Below are positions 1 through 9,998 of a stretch of DNA of 64,000 bases, in pieces. The DNA is taken from IMG/VR virus record IMGVR_UViG_2531839402_000001; one strand, 5' to 3'. Every line of letters starts with the position of its first letter. Position 1 is the stretch's first letter. The notes under the pieces were generated by a model. It had not been told where the DNA came from, ran no database searches, and saw only the letters and a list, made by a program, of their open reading frames with translations. The translations under genes were made by a program, and so were the position numbers. This stretch comes from a virus. Its lineage: Duplodnaviria > Heunggongvirae > Uroviricota > Caudoviricetes.

Positions 1-350
1 GCATTAATTTGAAGGGAGCAGAACACATGAGCCAAGAACGAATTTCTGCGAAATTTTTTTCGTGCACCGCGGAGGTGAAAGGTCATAAATGGTACGCCAG
101 CACCGACTTTACCTAGCTTTTTTTAAGTTCAGCAGCAAAACCTGCCTTGCAGGTTTCCTGCGTCGGGATAATCGATACTGAACCTTGTGCATACCGTTCT
201 CATCAGTTAAATTAAAGATTCCACACTCTTTACCGATATCACCTTGGTTCTTGCTTGTGATGCGTTCAGTGTTCAGCGCTGTTTGCTGTAGCCCTCCAGA
301 CTGATTACAGACTGCCTCTTAAAAGCCAATCCTTACTCTAAAGGGAACTT

Positions 351-1292
351 ATGAGATTAAAATACTCAGCACTCTTACTCGCCGTTGCCATTACAGGCTG
401 TGATAACAAAAAAGACGTGATCGGTTGTTCCTCTGAAATGACCCAGTCAGCTCTCATGGATTTAATAAAAAAATCTGCTTATGAAGATCTCTCTGAACAG
501 GTCGACAAATACCCTGACGTCACTAATCAGACCAAACGAAGCGCTTTGGACAAGATTAAACTGACCATCTCTGAAATCTCCACAACTTCAAGTGACACGG
601 GCAGCACAATGAAAACTTGTGAAGGGACCGTGACGATGACCCTACCTGCGAACGAGTACGCACAGCTTTCTGATGCTTACAGAAAGAACTTTAACCGTAA
701 TCTCGACAAGCAAATGGAAAGCCTGTCTTTGGATAACAACGCAAACGCCTTTTCAAAACGCATCTCCTACACCGCACAGGCAACCGACGATCAGAAAAAC
801 GTTTTTGTGAAAGCTACTTCTAACAACCCAATATCAGTGGGTGCCGCTGCACTGACATCGCTTTCCATCATCAACCCGATCGTTGAGCAGCAAAAAATCC
901 AGCAGGCTAAGGATGCCCAGCGAAGTCAAATTGAAGCGGAACAACAAGCACAACTCAGGGCGCAGCAACAGGATAAATATGAGGCGGAGCAGCAGGTTCA
1001 GCAAACCATTCAACAACAATCCTACCAGCAGCCTCAGCAACAAAAAGCTGACAACCTTGATCAGTCCCGAATGGCTTTTGCGAATGCTGACTCTGATTTG
1101 AATACCGCTTGGAGCACATTAACACCAGAGAAGAAAAAAGAGTTGCTGCCTTCTCAGCGCCAGTGGATCAAAACTAAGGACGCTATGTGCGGCAAAGTTT
1201 CAATGCAGGGAACAGATGCTGAAGTCAAGAAAATGGTCGACTGCCAGACGCAAATGACCCTTTCAAGGACCGCGTTCTTCAGAAATCAATAG
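351..1292 (+). CDS. Lipoprotein with Q-rich coiled coil and C-terminal DUF1311/LprI-like domain
   Basis: Signal peptide plus lipobox (LLLAVAITGC); Gln-rich repeat region; C-terminal WIKTKDAMCG...CQTQMT pattern typical of the LprI/DUF1311 lysozyme-inhibitor-like fold. Confidence 0.55.
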   Translation: MRLKYSALLLAVAITGCDNKKDVIGCSSEMTQSALMDLIKKSAYEDLSEQVDKYPDVTNQTKRSALDKIKLTISEISTTSSDTGSTMKTCEGTVTMTLPANEYAQLSDAYRKNFNRNLDKQMESLSLDNNANAFSKRISYTAQATDDQKNVFVKATSNNPISVGAAALTSLSIINPIVEQQKIQQAKDAQRSQIEAEQQAQLRAQQQDKYEAEQQVQQTIQQQSYQQPQQQKADNLDQSRMAFANADSDLNTAWSTLTPEKKKELLPSQRQWIKTKDAMCGKVSMQGTDAEVKKMVDCQTQMTLSRTAFFRNQ

Positions 1293-1790
1293 CGGAAACT
1301 CCCTTCAATCTGGTGGCCAAGGCTAAGCTGGCGCCAGCGTAATGCGGGATAATTTCAGCCGTTGTTCCATGATGCCCCACGCCGGATATTTTACTCGCGG
1401 TTAGAACGGGATTTTGGGACGTAAATATTTCATTAAAGGCGATGACCATCATAGTCATCGACTACATGAATTTTCTGTTAAAGATATGCAAGTATTAAGA
1501 CATCTTACTTTCCGTGATTACCAATGATGTTAATCGTTGCAGGCACTCAAAACCGTCCACATGAGTCTTGCCCAACCAATAGCCGCCACCATACTCTCTC
1601 TCGCTGGAAAAAGACGCACTGGCCAGGTTTGAAATGTTTAAGTGTCTCGCCTCTGTAGACGATCTGATAACTGGTGTCTTTTCCGCCCATTTTATCATCC
1701 CAAAATACTGTATATTTAAACAGTTACTCTTTGATGAAATGCAGTCAAGTTTGACAGCGGGGATAATAACTTGTTGGTGAAAACAAATTA

Positions 1791-1815
1791 TTTAAGGCTA
1801 TATCAATAGCCTTAA
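1791..1815 (-). terminator. Inverted repeat (aaggctat/atagcctt) downstream of the minus-strand gene 1841..2569
   Basis: Perfect 8-bp inverted repeat with 6-nt loop immediately 3' of the minus-strand ORF. Confidence 0.3.
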
Positions 1816-1840
1816 ATTGGTGAAACCAGTTACGACCTCA

Positions 1841-2569
1841 TCATGATTCGGTGGCGTGTGGGTTTTGCCGCTGCAGTGTCTTGACCTGTTCTTCAAGCTC
1901 ACGCACATACTCAACGAGAGATCCGCCTGGCGGTATTTGGCACTCTTCCATGAGTTGATAGTAAACGTCGGCTGCCGCGCGAATGTTTGAGCCTTTGGTT
2001 AACTGATCACTGAGCAGTTCGTCACGCTCTTTCATAAGCCGCACGCATTCTCCATTGCGTTGGTCGACTACAGCCTCAAGCTCTGCGATGCGCTCGCCTG
2101 GCGTTTTGCCATCCTTACGTTGAGTCGTAACCGTGAAACATCCAAGTTCAGGAACGTCGTAGTTCAATTCCAGATAGTTTTTTGCACCGTGTCGAACAAA
2201 TTCGCCGGCGAACATGGTGGCGAACATGGCAGAGGCCAGCTCTCCGTTAAACAACGACTCCAGATCTACAGGAGTGCCAGCAGCAAGAGCGGCGCGCGCA
2301 GCCTCTATGACATGCATAAACTCATCATAATGTCTGGCGCGCTTCTCCAGCTCTGCCCACTGCTGACTGTTTCGACGCACCAGGTACTCAATAAAAATCA
2401 GCGCTGATTCGTCGGCGTCGCCTTCAAATGAGACCTTACCCTTATCGACAATAATCGTGCCCACAGCGGTTGGGTTGTTGCCCTGAAGGCAAAATCTGAA
2501 AGGAGTCCCCGTGTTCATCGGTGATACAGCCTGTATATCCATAGAAGTGGCTTTATTCCTGCTTTCCAT
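1841..2569 (-). CDS. Hypothetical phage protein
   Basis: 242-aa ORF, RBS GAGGGAAA upstream, preceded by a copy of the conserved 20-bp palindrome. Confidence 0.5.
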   Translation of the reverse strand: MESRNKATSMDIQAVSPMNTGTPFRFCLQGNNPTAVGTIIVDKGKVSFEGDADESALIFIEYLVRRNSQQWAELEKRARHYDEFMHVIEAARAALAAGTPVDLESLFNGELASAMFATMFAGEFVRHGAKNYLELNYDVPELGCFTVTTQRKDGKTPGERIAELEAVVDQRNGECVRLMKERDELLSDQLTKGSNIRAAADVYYQLMEECQIPPGGSLVEYVRELEEQVKTLQRQNPHATES

Positions 2570-2630
2570 GTGTTTTTCCCTCTAAGTATCGCGTCATTAT
2601 TCTTACATAAAATAAGTATGTGGTTACCTA

Positions 2631-4314
2631 TTATTTTATGCGTTTGAAGACATACACACTGACAGTTATCCCCGTGTCATCAAACTCGCCTGTGAACGAC
2701 TTACCTTTGGCGTAGACGAAATTCTCCAGCATCATCCAGTTCAGGGTTGGTGAGTCCCCCGGCAAAACAGCAACAAGGCGCCCGCCGACTTTAAGATGCT
2801 CCAGCGCGGCCAGCGTATGCTCTCTGTGACGGCCAAGAGAGTAGGGCGGGTTCATGACGATTTTGTCGAACTGATAGCCTGCGTTGTCCTCAGACCACTT
2901 CATGAAGTCACAGCAGACCGTATTTGTGTACCCCTTGCCAAGCAGGATATCAGCGAAGAGAGGTGCGACTTCTATGCAGGTAACGTCTTCCGGATTGGCG
3001 TCGATGCAGGCCAACAGATCTCCGCGCCCGGCTTCAGGCTCCAGCAGCTTCTCACCTGGCTTCAGCTCGATGGCTCTGGCAACGTACTCCGCTATCAAAC
3101 GTGGGGTAGGGTAGAACTGGTGTGATTTTGTATCCGGTATTAAGCCGGTGGCCACAATCGTATTGAGCGTATGGCCGATCTCATACGGGAACTGCCAGTG
3201 CTTTTTCTCCTGCACGCCGCCAATGAAGTTCAGTGTGCGCTCAAGCTCTTCCACCTGTGACTTCTGTAGGTTGGAATCAGAGAAGTACCAGACGCCTTTG
3301 TCTTTGCTGAATCGCCCGTCGCGCAGCGCGGTACGAACCGGCTCGGAGATCGTCTTCTGGATTAACCCGAACTCTTTTGGTGCCCGTATTTTGGGTGCAG
3401 TACGGCATGGCGCCGGGATTGCTGCAGGCATACTGTAAGCCAGCACCTCATTCAGCTTCCAGGCCACGTCAGGATGTATTTCAAAGTGAACGTTGCCGTT
3501 CTTGAACATCTTCACGCGCATCAGGTTTCCGTCGACATTCATCCAGTCACCGGTCTGGCAGTCGTTTGCCCGGTACGCAGCTGATAGCATCTCAGTTGTG
3601 CGGTTGATGGTGATGAACTCTTTGTGTGCGAAGAAATGAAGCATGACGCGCAGGTCGTCGATGTAGTCCTCTTTCCGGTAGTTCACGCTGACGCTGTCCC
3701 GCCAGAACTCGGAAATGCAGTTGGCGATGATCAGACGCTCGCTAAAGCCGTTCGTCTTATTGGTCTTGTGGGCAGGACTCAGCGCTTTAAACAAGCCATA
3801 CACGCGCTCAGAGAGATATTTGTGCCTGTCATTCAGCAGATTGAGCATCGTTGGGATGACCGTTTCTGCTTTGAACTCCGGCACACCAACGAACTCCTTC
3901 ACCTTCATCTGGTAGCCGGTTCTGTCTGTTTTGATGGTCTCCTGCTTGCCCTCGATGAACTGCTCACGCCACTCGTCGCGGCGGGAAGCTGGCATGATCA
4001 GCAGAACGTTTGTCATATCCGTGACCTTCTTCCAGTACTCGGCCCAGATATTCTGTTTCACCCATTCCAGGTCGACTTTGTCCAGCCAGGCTCTGTTAAA
4101 GCGTGTGCGCTCGTCATCCGGCCGGTGGTTGAGTCGCAGCAGGCGGTTAATCATGTTGTGGCGTTCGTCGCCATAAACGAAGTCGTGAACCTGATGCATG
4201 AATGCGATCTCTTTCTCGCACTCGGCCACAATTTCGTGGATGACGTTCATTTCCTGCCGGTAGTCGATATCAGTGTTTGGGGTGATAGCGTCAATGATGG
4301 AAAGGGCTGTATTC
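2631..4314 (-). CDS. Orphan N6-adenine DNA methyltransferase with ~380-aa N-terminal extension
   Basis: C-terminal domain has the Rossmann SAM motif (LEPEAGRGDL) and the catalytic MNPPYS motif. The ORF track starts at a TTG (4334); the ATG at 4314 with GGTG RBS is more likely. The N-terminal 380 aa show no recognisable motif. Confidence 0.7.
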
Positions 4315-4705
4315 ATGATCACACCATTAAACAAATTGTTTTCTTATTGGTGTTATTTTCCCAAAGTTGAAAAGGCGTAAAAGCAGTATTCACAGGGGTT
4401 GTAGAGACGCTTAGAGACGCTAAATTGATAGTGTTCAAAGTTAATTGGTAATTCAATAAATTAAGAACGTAACCACCTTAAAATCTAAGGCTACAACCGC
4501 TGTCATTCATGCTTATTTTTTTCCTGAAGAACGCTCAGCTCCTAGATTAAGAAGTCATATTCTTGTGTAACCCGTTAAAAATGATACATTAATCTCCCCC
4601 CTCTTCGGGAAAACGGAAGAAGTTTGATGAGGATGGCATCAGGCAAATGGAACTCAAGTCTACAAAGGCCATTGCCCCCTCCTTTTAACGCTAAAAGGGT
4701 AATAC

Positions 4706-6775
4706 ATGAAAGGTAACGTTCTAGGGGATATCAGAGCAGAACACGATGCCAAAATGCTTGAAGCCTCATTCTGGCAAACAACTGATTATAAAGCTCTTTT
4801 AGAGTCGTATGATCGATGCATAGTTGTAGGTCGCAGAGGCACTGGCAAAAGTGCATTAGTGCATATGCTGTCAAAACATTGGCACGCAAAACCTAAAACG
4901 CATGTGATGACCATTAGCCCTATTGAAGAACAAATTATTGGTCTAAGAGATGTTGTCTCACTTTTCGGTGAAAATTATTTGCATATTAAAGCCGGAAGCA
5001 AACTAGCTTGGCGCTATGCGATTTATATGGAATTACTTTCCGAAATAGCAAGCCACTATAAGATGAAAAATGATCTAGACTATAAAAGTGTAGAGAAACA
5101 CTTATTATCTTGGGGAGCTAAAAGACAAAACATAAGTGGTAAAATAAGGAAAAAATTAATATCTATCCTTGATACTGGAAAAGATGTTAAACCGGCTACA
5201 AGAATATCAGATTTATCAGATAATTTTGAATTAGATTTACTAGAAGAGGTTTTATTCGAAGCTATTTCAAAATCAAACCATCAATTCGTTATTTTTGCTG
5301 ACAGGCTAGATGAAGGATACACTCCAGATGATTTAGGGGTTGCTATCGTTGACGGTTTCATTCAGTCTGTTATTGATATAAAACAAAATTTGCAAGAAAA
5401 AGTTATCGCATTTGCTTTCGTTAGAGACAATATCCATAGAGCCATATCTAAAATGGACCCTGATTTTACCAGAAACATTGAAGGACAGGTATTAAGATTA
5501 CATTGGGACGAATACAATCTCTTCAATTTGGTTTGTAACAGAATGAGAGTTGCATTTAACTCAACCATAGAAAATAACACGCGAGTTTGGAATGCGTACA
5601 CCGCTAATGAATTACAGTCAAATACGGGTTTTAAAGAAGCACTTAAGCTTACATTATATAGACCGAGAGATATCTTGGTATTATTAAATGATGCTTTCCT
5701 GAGGGCCGCAACTCACGATCGCACAAAAATAATAATTGATGACATAAAAGCCACTGCAAACACAATATCTCAAAACAGGCTTAACGACTTACTAAAAGAA
5801 TATGAAAATGTATTCCCTGCACTAGATATATTTACATCGCTTTTTGGCAATAAAAGACCAGATTTTACCATCGCGGAAGCCTCTGAAATAATAAGCCAAG
5901 CATTTGATATAAAAGAAGTTAATGACAAAATGAAATTACAGGACATCCTTTTGTTTGAAGGTCCTGTTCAGGTGATCCAACGTTTGTATAGTGTTGGTTT
6001 TTTTGGATTATACAATCAGCAGTCCTCATCATATGTGTTTTGTCATGATGGAAAAGAACCAGAAAAAGAGTTTACACCAGGCTCCAAGCTTCTGCTACAT
6101 CCTTGCTATTGGCTTGCATTAAGTGTACATGAGTCAGACATTACTCCTGAAACAGCTGACGATATCCACGATGAATACGATATCGAAGTTAGCTCCGTAT
6201 CAGAAGAACAACGAAAACAACGGATCGGTGCTCTTCTTCAAGAATTAAATAATATCCCAGAAGGTAAGGAAGGGGCTGTTGATTTTGAAGCATGGGCTTT
6301 GAAAGCTATTAAAATATTGTTTGCGACGAATTTGACCAATATTGAACTCCATTCAAACAAAAATGGTCTACAGCAGCGAGACATTATTGCAACAAACCTT
6401 GCCGACACACCTGTCTGGAAAAGGATATTGACTGATTACCAATCTCGACAAGTTGTATTCGAAATCAAAAACTACAAAACGTTAGGTGCTGATGAATATA
6501 GACAAGTAAATTCATATTTATTTAAAGATTATGGTAGGCTAGCTTTCATTATAAATAGGGATCACTCTGAAAACTTAGAAAAACATAAAGAGCTAATCTG
6601 GGTAAAAGAACTTTATGACAACCATAACAAATTGGTTATAAAGTTGCCTTCAAAATTTCTTGAGCGACATCTTTCTAAAATGCGTAGCCCTCAAAAACAT
6701 GATGAAGTTAACAAACAGCTAAGCAAGTTGCTTGATCTATATATTAGAAGCTATTTAAATAACAAGTGTAAGTAA
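4706..6775 (+). CDS. STAND/ORC-like P-loop ATPase fused to a C-terminal PD-(D/E)xK-like nuclease; candidate single-gene defence protein
   Basis: Walker A VGRRGTGKSAL near the N-terminus; Walker B FVIFADRLDEG. C-terminal ~150 aa contain QRDIIATN...VVFEIKNYK (D...ExK restriction-endonuclease-like core). Visibly AT-rich codon usage unlike the flanking genes; own promoter region and own terminator. Confidence 0.55.
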   Translation: MKGNVLGDIRAEHDAKMLEASFWQTTDYKALLESYDRCIVVGRRGTGKSALVHMLSKHWHAKPKTHVMTISPIEEQIIGLRDVVSLFGENYLHIKAGSKLAWRYAIYMELLSEIASHYKMKNDLDYKSVEKHLLSWGAKRQNISGKIRKKLISILDTGKDVKPATRISDLSDNFELDLLEEVLFEAISKSNHQFVIFADRLDEGYTPDDLGVAIVDGFIQSVIDIKQNLQEKVIAFAFVRDNIHRAISKMDPDFTRNIEGQVLRLHWDEYNLFNLVCNRMRVAFNSTIENNTRVWNAYTANELQSNTGFKEALKLTLYRPRDILVLLNDAFLRAATHDRTKIIIDDIKATANTISQNRLNDLLKEYENVFPALDIFTSLFGNKRPDFTIAEASEIISQAFDIKEVNDKMKLQDILLFEGPVQVIQRLYSVGFFGLYNQQSSSYVFCHDGKEPEKEFTPGSKLLLHPCYWLALSVHESDITPETADDIHDEYDIEVSSVSEEQRKQRIGALLQELNNIPEGKEGAVDFEAWALKAIKILFATNLTNIELHSNKNGLQQRDIIATNLADTPVWKRILTDYQSRQVVFEIKNYKTLGADEYRQVNSYLFKDYGRLAFIINRDHSENLEKHKELIWVKELYDNHNKLVIKLPSKFLERHLSKMRSPQKHDEVNKQLSKLLDLYIRSYLNNKCK

Positions 6776-6781
6776 ATCACA

Positions 6782-6818
6782 ACGCAGGCTATAATATCTT
6801 ATTAGCCTGCGTTTTTAT
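6782..6818 (+). terminator. Rho-independent terminator after the ATPase-nuclease gene
   Basis: acgcaggct...agcctgcgt stem followed by TTTTAT. Confidence 0.55.
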
Positions 6819-6943
6819 CGAAAGTTTTACGAAGATGAAAACTCAATAAAAAACAAATTACAAAGTCCAGCCGTCATAAGTAAAATACAATATTCAATCC
6901 ATATTATTAGGGTATTGAGGAAGCTCCATTTCATGCAATAGCC

Positions 6944-7438
6944 TCAGTCACAGCAGAAGGAAGATCCGGAGTTGCAGGTCGAGCTAGAATCGTGTCCAGC
7001 AGCATCCCATCCAGAGAGACAGGAGGTCGTTCTGGCAGGGGTGTCGTCTGCAAGGTTGTGGTGGAAGTAGTTGTGTCCGGTATCAACAGACTCTGACCGG
7101 CTGGTACGGCTACCGCTGCCAGGGTTGCTAAAATTACTCCGTAGGCCATTGGCTTCAGTCGATTTCGTTGAAAATTTTCCATGAGAACTGTCCTTGTGTG
7201 CTTGGGATTCACGCAACACACGAGAGGCGACGGAATCACGCACCTTCCCCATGCCTACTGTCGCACCCAGATTTGCTATGGCGGTAGCTTGCGCATCAAT
7301 GCGCTTCTCCAGCTCAAACACTCGTTCTTCCAGTTCCGCAAGGCGTGCAGAAACACGACCGCTAAACAGCTCGGCCAGAACCAGGCGAATTGAACGGGGA
7401 CGTTTATTGAAAGAAGTGAAAGGCGTTTGACGTGCCAT
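6944..7438 (-). CDS. Hypothetical protein (N-terminal coiled coil); overlapped out of frame by a signal-peptide ORF (6931..7182)
   Basis: N-terminal 80 aa look protein-like (ARLAELEERVFELEKRIDAQ); the distal half is low-complexity S/T-rich. A second frame encodes MENFQRNRLKPMAYGVILATLAAVAVPAGQ (signal-peptide-like). Which frame is expressed is unresolved. Confidence 0.3.
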   Translation of the reverse strand: MARQTPFTSFNKRPRSIRLVLAELFSGRVSARLAELEERVFELEKRIDAQATAIANLGATVGMGKVRDSVASRVLRESQAHKDSSHGKFSTKSTEANGLRSNFSNPGSGSRTSRSESVDTGHNYFHHNLADDTPARTTSCLSGWDAAGHDSSSTCNSGSSFCCD

Positions 7439-7568
7439 TTGGATTCCATTCAGTGTCAGAAAGAGTGGCGGCTGGCCAAGCCAGCCGCCTTTTAGCGTTC
7501 CATCCTGGAACAGTACCTAACCGGTACTTCGTCATCCTGACGAACGGTAAGATACCTGATTTAAAATG

Positions 7569-7588
7569 ATAGGTAAATACCTACCTAT
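7569..7588. promoter_or_regulatory. Copy of conserved 20-bp palindrome ATAGGTAAATACCTACCTAT
   Basis: Member of a ~19-copy family; seen in sequence. Confidence 0.5.
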
Positions 7589-8189
7589 CATTTTGTGACA
7601 AAAATCCAATGTCACGCTTGTGAGGCATATCAGCTGCGGAGTAGGCGGCGATCTTCGCCAGGCGGTCACACATTTCGTTCTCGCGATGACCGGCATGACC
7701 TTTAACCCACTTCCAGCGGACATTGTGACGGCTGGCGGCCGCATCGAGACGTTTCCAGAGATCGACGTTTTTGACTGGCTTCTTCTCAGACGTGATCCAT
7801 CCGTTACGCTTCCAGCCTTTCATCCAGAGCGTCATGCCGTTTTTAAGATACTGGCTGTCGGAATGCAGGATCACATTGCAGGGGTACTTCAGACGCTCCA
7901 GCGCAATCAGGGCGCCCATCATCTCCATCCGATTGTTGGTCGTGCTGTGGAAACCCTCAGAAAGCTCGCGCTCTTCGCCTCGATACTGGAGAACGATGCC
8001 GTAACCGCCCGGCCCGCCCGGATTTTTGAGGCAAGAGCCATCACTGAATACTTTTACGGTTTTGAGCTGGGGATTGAACTCGACTACGGGGGTTTTGAAG
8101 TTGGTACTGGATTGCTGGTGGGTTTGGTGTCTGGCTTTGGACTTTTGGCGGCAGCCAGTTTGTTGCCGGGCTGGGGTCTTGGTCGTCAT
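7581..8189 (-). CDS. rnhA: Ribonuclease HI
   Basis: RNase H domain motifs ([52 protein letters not shown]). ATG at 8189 with GGAG RBS is chosen over the longer track ORF. Confidence 0.8.
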   Translation of the reverse strand: MTTKTPARQQTGCRQKSKARHQTHQQSSTNFKTPVVEFNPQLKTVKVFSDGSCLKNPGGPGGYGIVLQYRGEERELSEGFHSTTNNRMEMMGALIALERLKYPCNVILHSDSQYLKNGMTLWMKGWKRNGWITSEKKPVKNVDLWKRLDAAASRHNVRWKWVKGHAGHRENEMCDRLAKIAAYSAADMPHKRDIGFLSQNDR

Positions 8190-8786
8190 TTTGGCTCCAG
8201 AATCGCGCGCCGCGACGATTTTTTTCCCCTCGCGCGTGTGCGCACGCGTGCGTGTAAATATTAAAAATTTTTTAGAAAAGAAAAACCTACTTCCCAGAAC
8301 AGGTTTTAATAAAACCTGAACTGAACGAACGAAGTGAGTGAAGTTCACCTCGAACGAAGTGAGAGGTTGTCTTTTCAGGTAATACTCTCCCAGGGAGGTG
8401 AGTACAAAATTTCCTCACCAACCTGGTCGTTACATAACCTGAAAAGTTATGACCTAAGTCTACTGCCAGCTTAGGCTTGGGAAGTTATGGATGACAGCAC
8501 CCCAGAACCGAGATCTTCCCACACTTTATGAAGGGGAGTACTGGATTCAACCTCTCGAAACACTCCAGACTCGACAATCATAAAGTGACCCTTCTCTCTG
8601 CTCACTTTGGTTCCCCCTTCCCCAACCCCTAAACGGTGCCGGTTCTACGCTGGTAGTGAGCTTTTTTTAAACCTGACGCCAGTGACGCTATCCCCCACCC
8701 ATCAGGTCGAGCTGCCGGAATCAATCCGGAAAGCGGGTAGATTTTATCACTGGCGATCTGCGTTTTAAATGGTAAGTACTTACCAA

Positions 8787-9017
8787 TTATTTCGATTGAT
8801 TATTTTCTCGACCATGAAGCTGGACGTTCAGGGCAAACACCTCATTGATGAGTTCCCCTAACAGCTGCTCCACCAGCTCTTTGTGCTCGCCTGAATGAAG
8901 ACATTTGAGCGACCATTCGTAGAGACTGAAAGCCTTATCGCGATCTTTCATCATGTCGCGCACTTTGGCCAGAAAATCGCTCTCAACGAGCGCTACGACG
9001 TTCGTCGGGTATACCAT
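8787..9017 (-). CDS. Hypothetical small protein
   Basis: 76-aa ORF in operon context. Confidence 0.4.
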   Translation of the reverse strand: MVYPTNVVALVESDFLAKVRDMMKDRDKAFSLYEWSLKCLHSGEHKELVEQLLGELINEVFALNVQLHGRENNQSK

Positions 9018-9219
9018 GATAGTTTTCCTTACTGTGGTTCATAAAATCGATTCTAGAGCGTCTGGAGAGGGACTCCAGTGGGTTCTGGAGGTGTAAAACG
9101 GTCTGGGAGTTGTTTGGAAATCACGTCTTAAAAAGCCTGCGTCTGTATATATTAATAATTAGTACTTAGTTATTTATATATACGGAAGCAGGTTCTCAAA
9201 CTAACTCCCAGACTGGTGT

Positions 9220-9813
9220 TTACGCTGCCTTTTTACGTGGTCTCTTCTTCCTGACAACATTGGCAGGATCATAACCACCCAGCTTTTTCATCACCGCCAG
9301 CGGTATCTTGCTGATGGTGTGCCCAGCTTCCTGACAGTAGCCACGGAAGATAAGCAACATGCTGCCACCAGGGTTGATGTTCACCTCCACCAGCCCAAGT
9401 TCAACATCCGGCTCAACGAACGCCACGCGGCCGCCAGACAAGATGACGGTTTCGTTGGCGCATTCAGCCGCACGTTCGTACCACTGCGTATCGAGGGATT
9501 GTGGTATCAGCATGACCGTCGTCACTCCACGCGCCTGCTCGCGAATGGCTGCGTCTATCCAGGGGGTGATTTTGGAGTAGGGCGGGTTAAGGAACGCCAC
9601 AGTGCCAGGTTCTCCCCAGCTGCACTTGAGCGCATCACGCTCAACACCGATAAAGTTCGGCAGGAGAGCATTATCTTTGTTGCAGGCGACGTCCACATCG
9701 AACTTTACGCCTATGTAACGTTGGATGGCGACAAACAACCACTGCGGTGTGCGCCAAAGGTCGCGAAGAGAGGCATCACGCTCTCGCTTTTTGATTTTTT
9801 CGGCTGCGATCAT
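9220..9813 (-). CDS. Phage Dam-like N6-adenine DNA methyltransferase
   Basis: RTPQWLF...DVACN...NPPYS motif set typical of the phage N6A-MTase family. Confidence 0.7.
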   Translation of the reverse strand: MIAAEKIKKRERDASLRDLWRTPQWLFVAIQRYIGVKFDVDVACNKDNALLPNFIGVERDALKCSWGEPGTVAFLNPPYSKITPWIDAAIREQARGVTTVMLIPQSLDTQWYERAAECANETVILSGGRVAFVEPDVELGLVEVNINPGGSMLLIFRGYCQEAGHTISKIPLAVMKKLGGYDPANVVRKKRPRKKAA

Positions 9814-9825
9814 TACTTTGCTTTG

Positions 9826-9845
9826 ATAGGTAAATACTTACCTAT
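9826..9845. promoter_or_regulatory. Copy of conserved palindrome ATAGGTAAATACTTACCTAT, 12 bp 5' of the Dam-like MTase start
   Basis: Seen in sequence. Confidence 0.5.
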
Positions 9846-9998
9846 TTTTTCATTTAATCCAACGGATAGCAAACAAAGAAGAACGCGCCAGATTCGCAAA
9901 CGGGAAGCTCTCTGGCGCGTTTTATCGATGCTGGGTATGCAACGAGCTTACCCAGCGTCCTAAAGCTCTCAGGGGGCTTTAGATCGGGTAGGGGAACA

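Noticed and set aside
1495-1698. 67-aa minus-strand ORF in the 1293..1840 spacer
   Set aside because: No RBS, no motif, and the surrounding sequence looks non-coding; not reported as a gene.
3624-4370. 248-aa ORF on the plus strand
   Set aside because: Lies entirely antisense within the methyltransferase gene with no RBS or motif; shadow ORF.
7620-8264. 214-aa plus-strand ORF
   Set aside because: Antisense to rnhA, which has clear RNase H motifs; shadow ORF.
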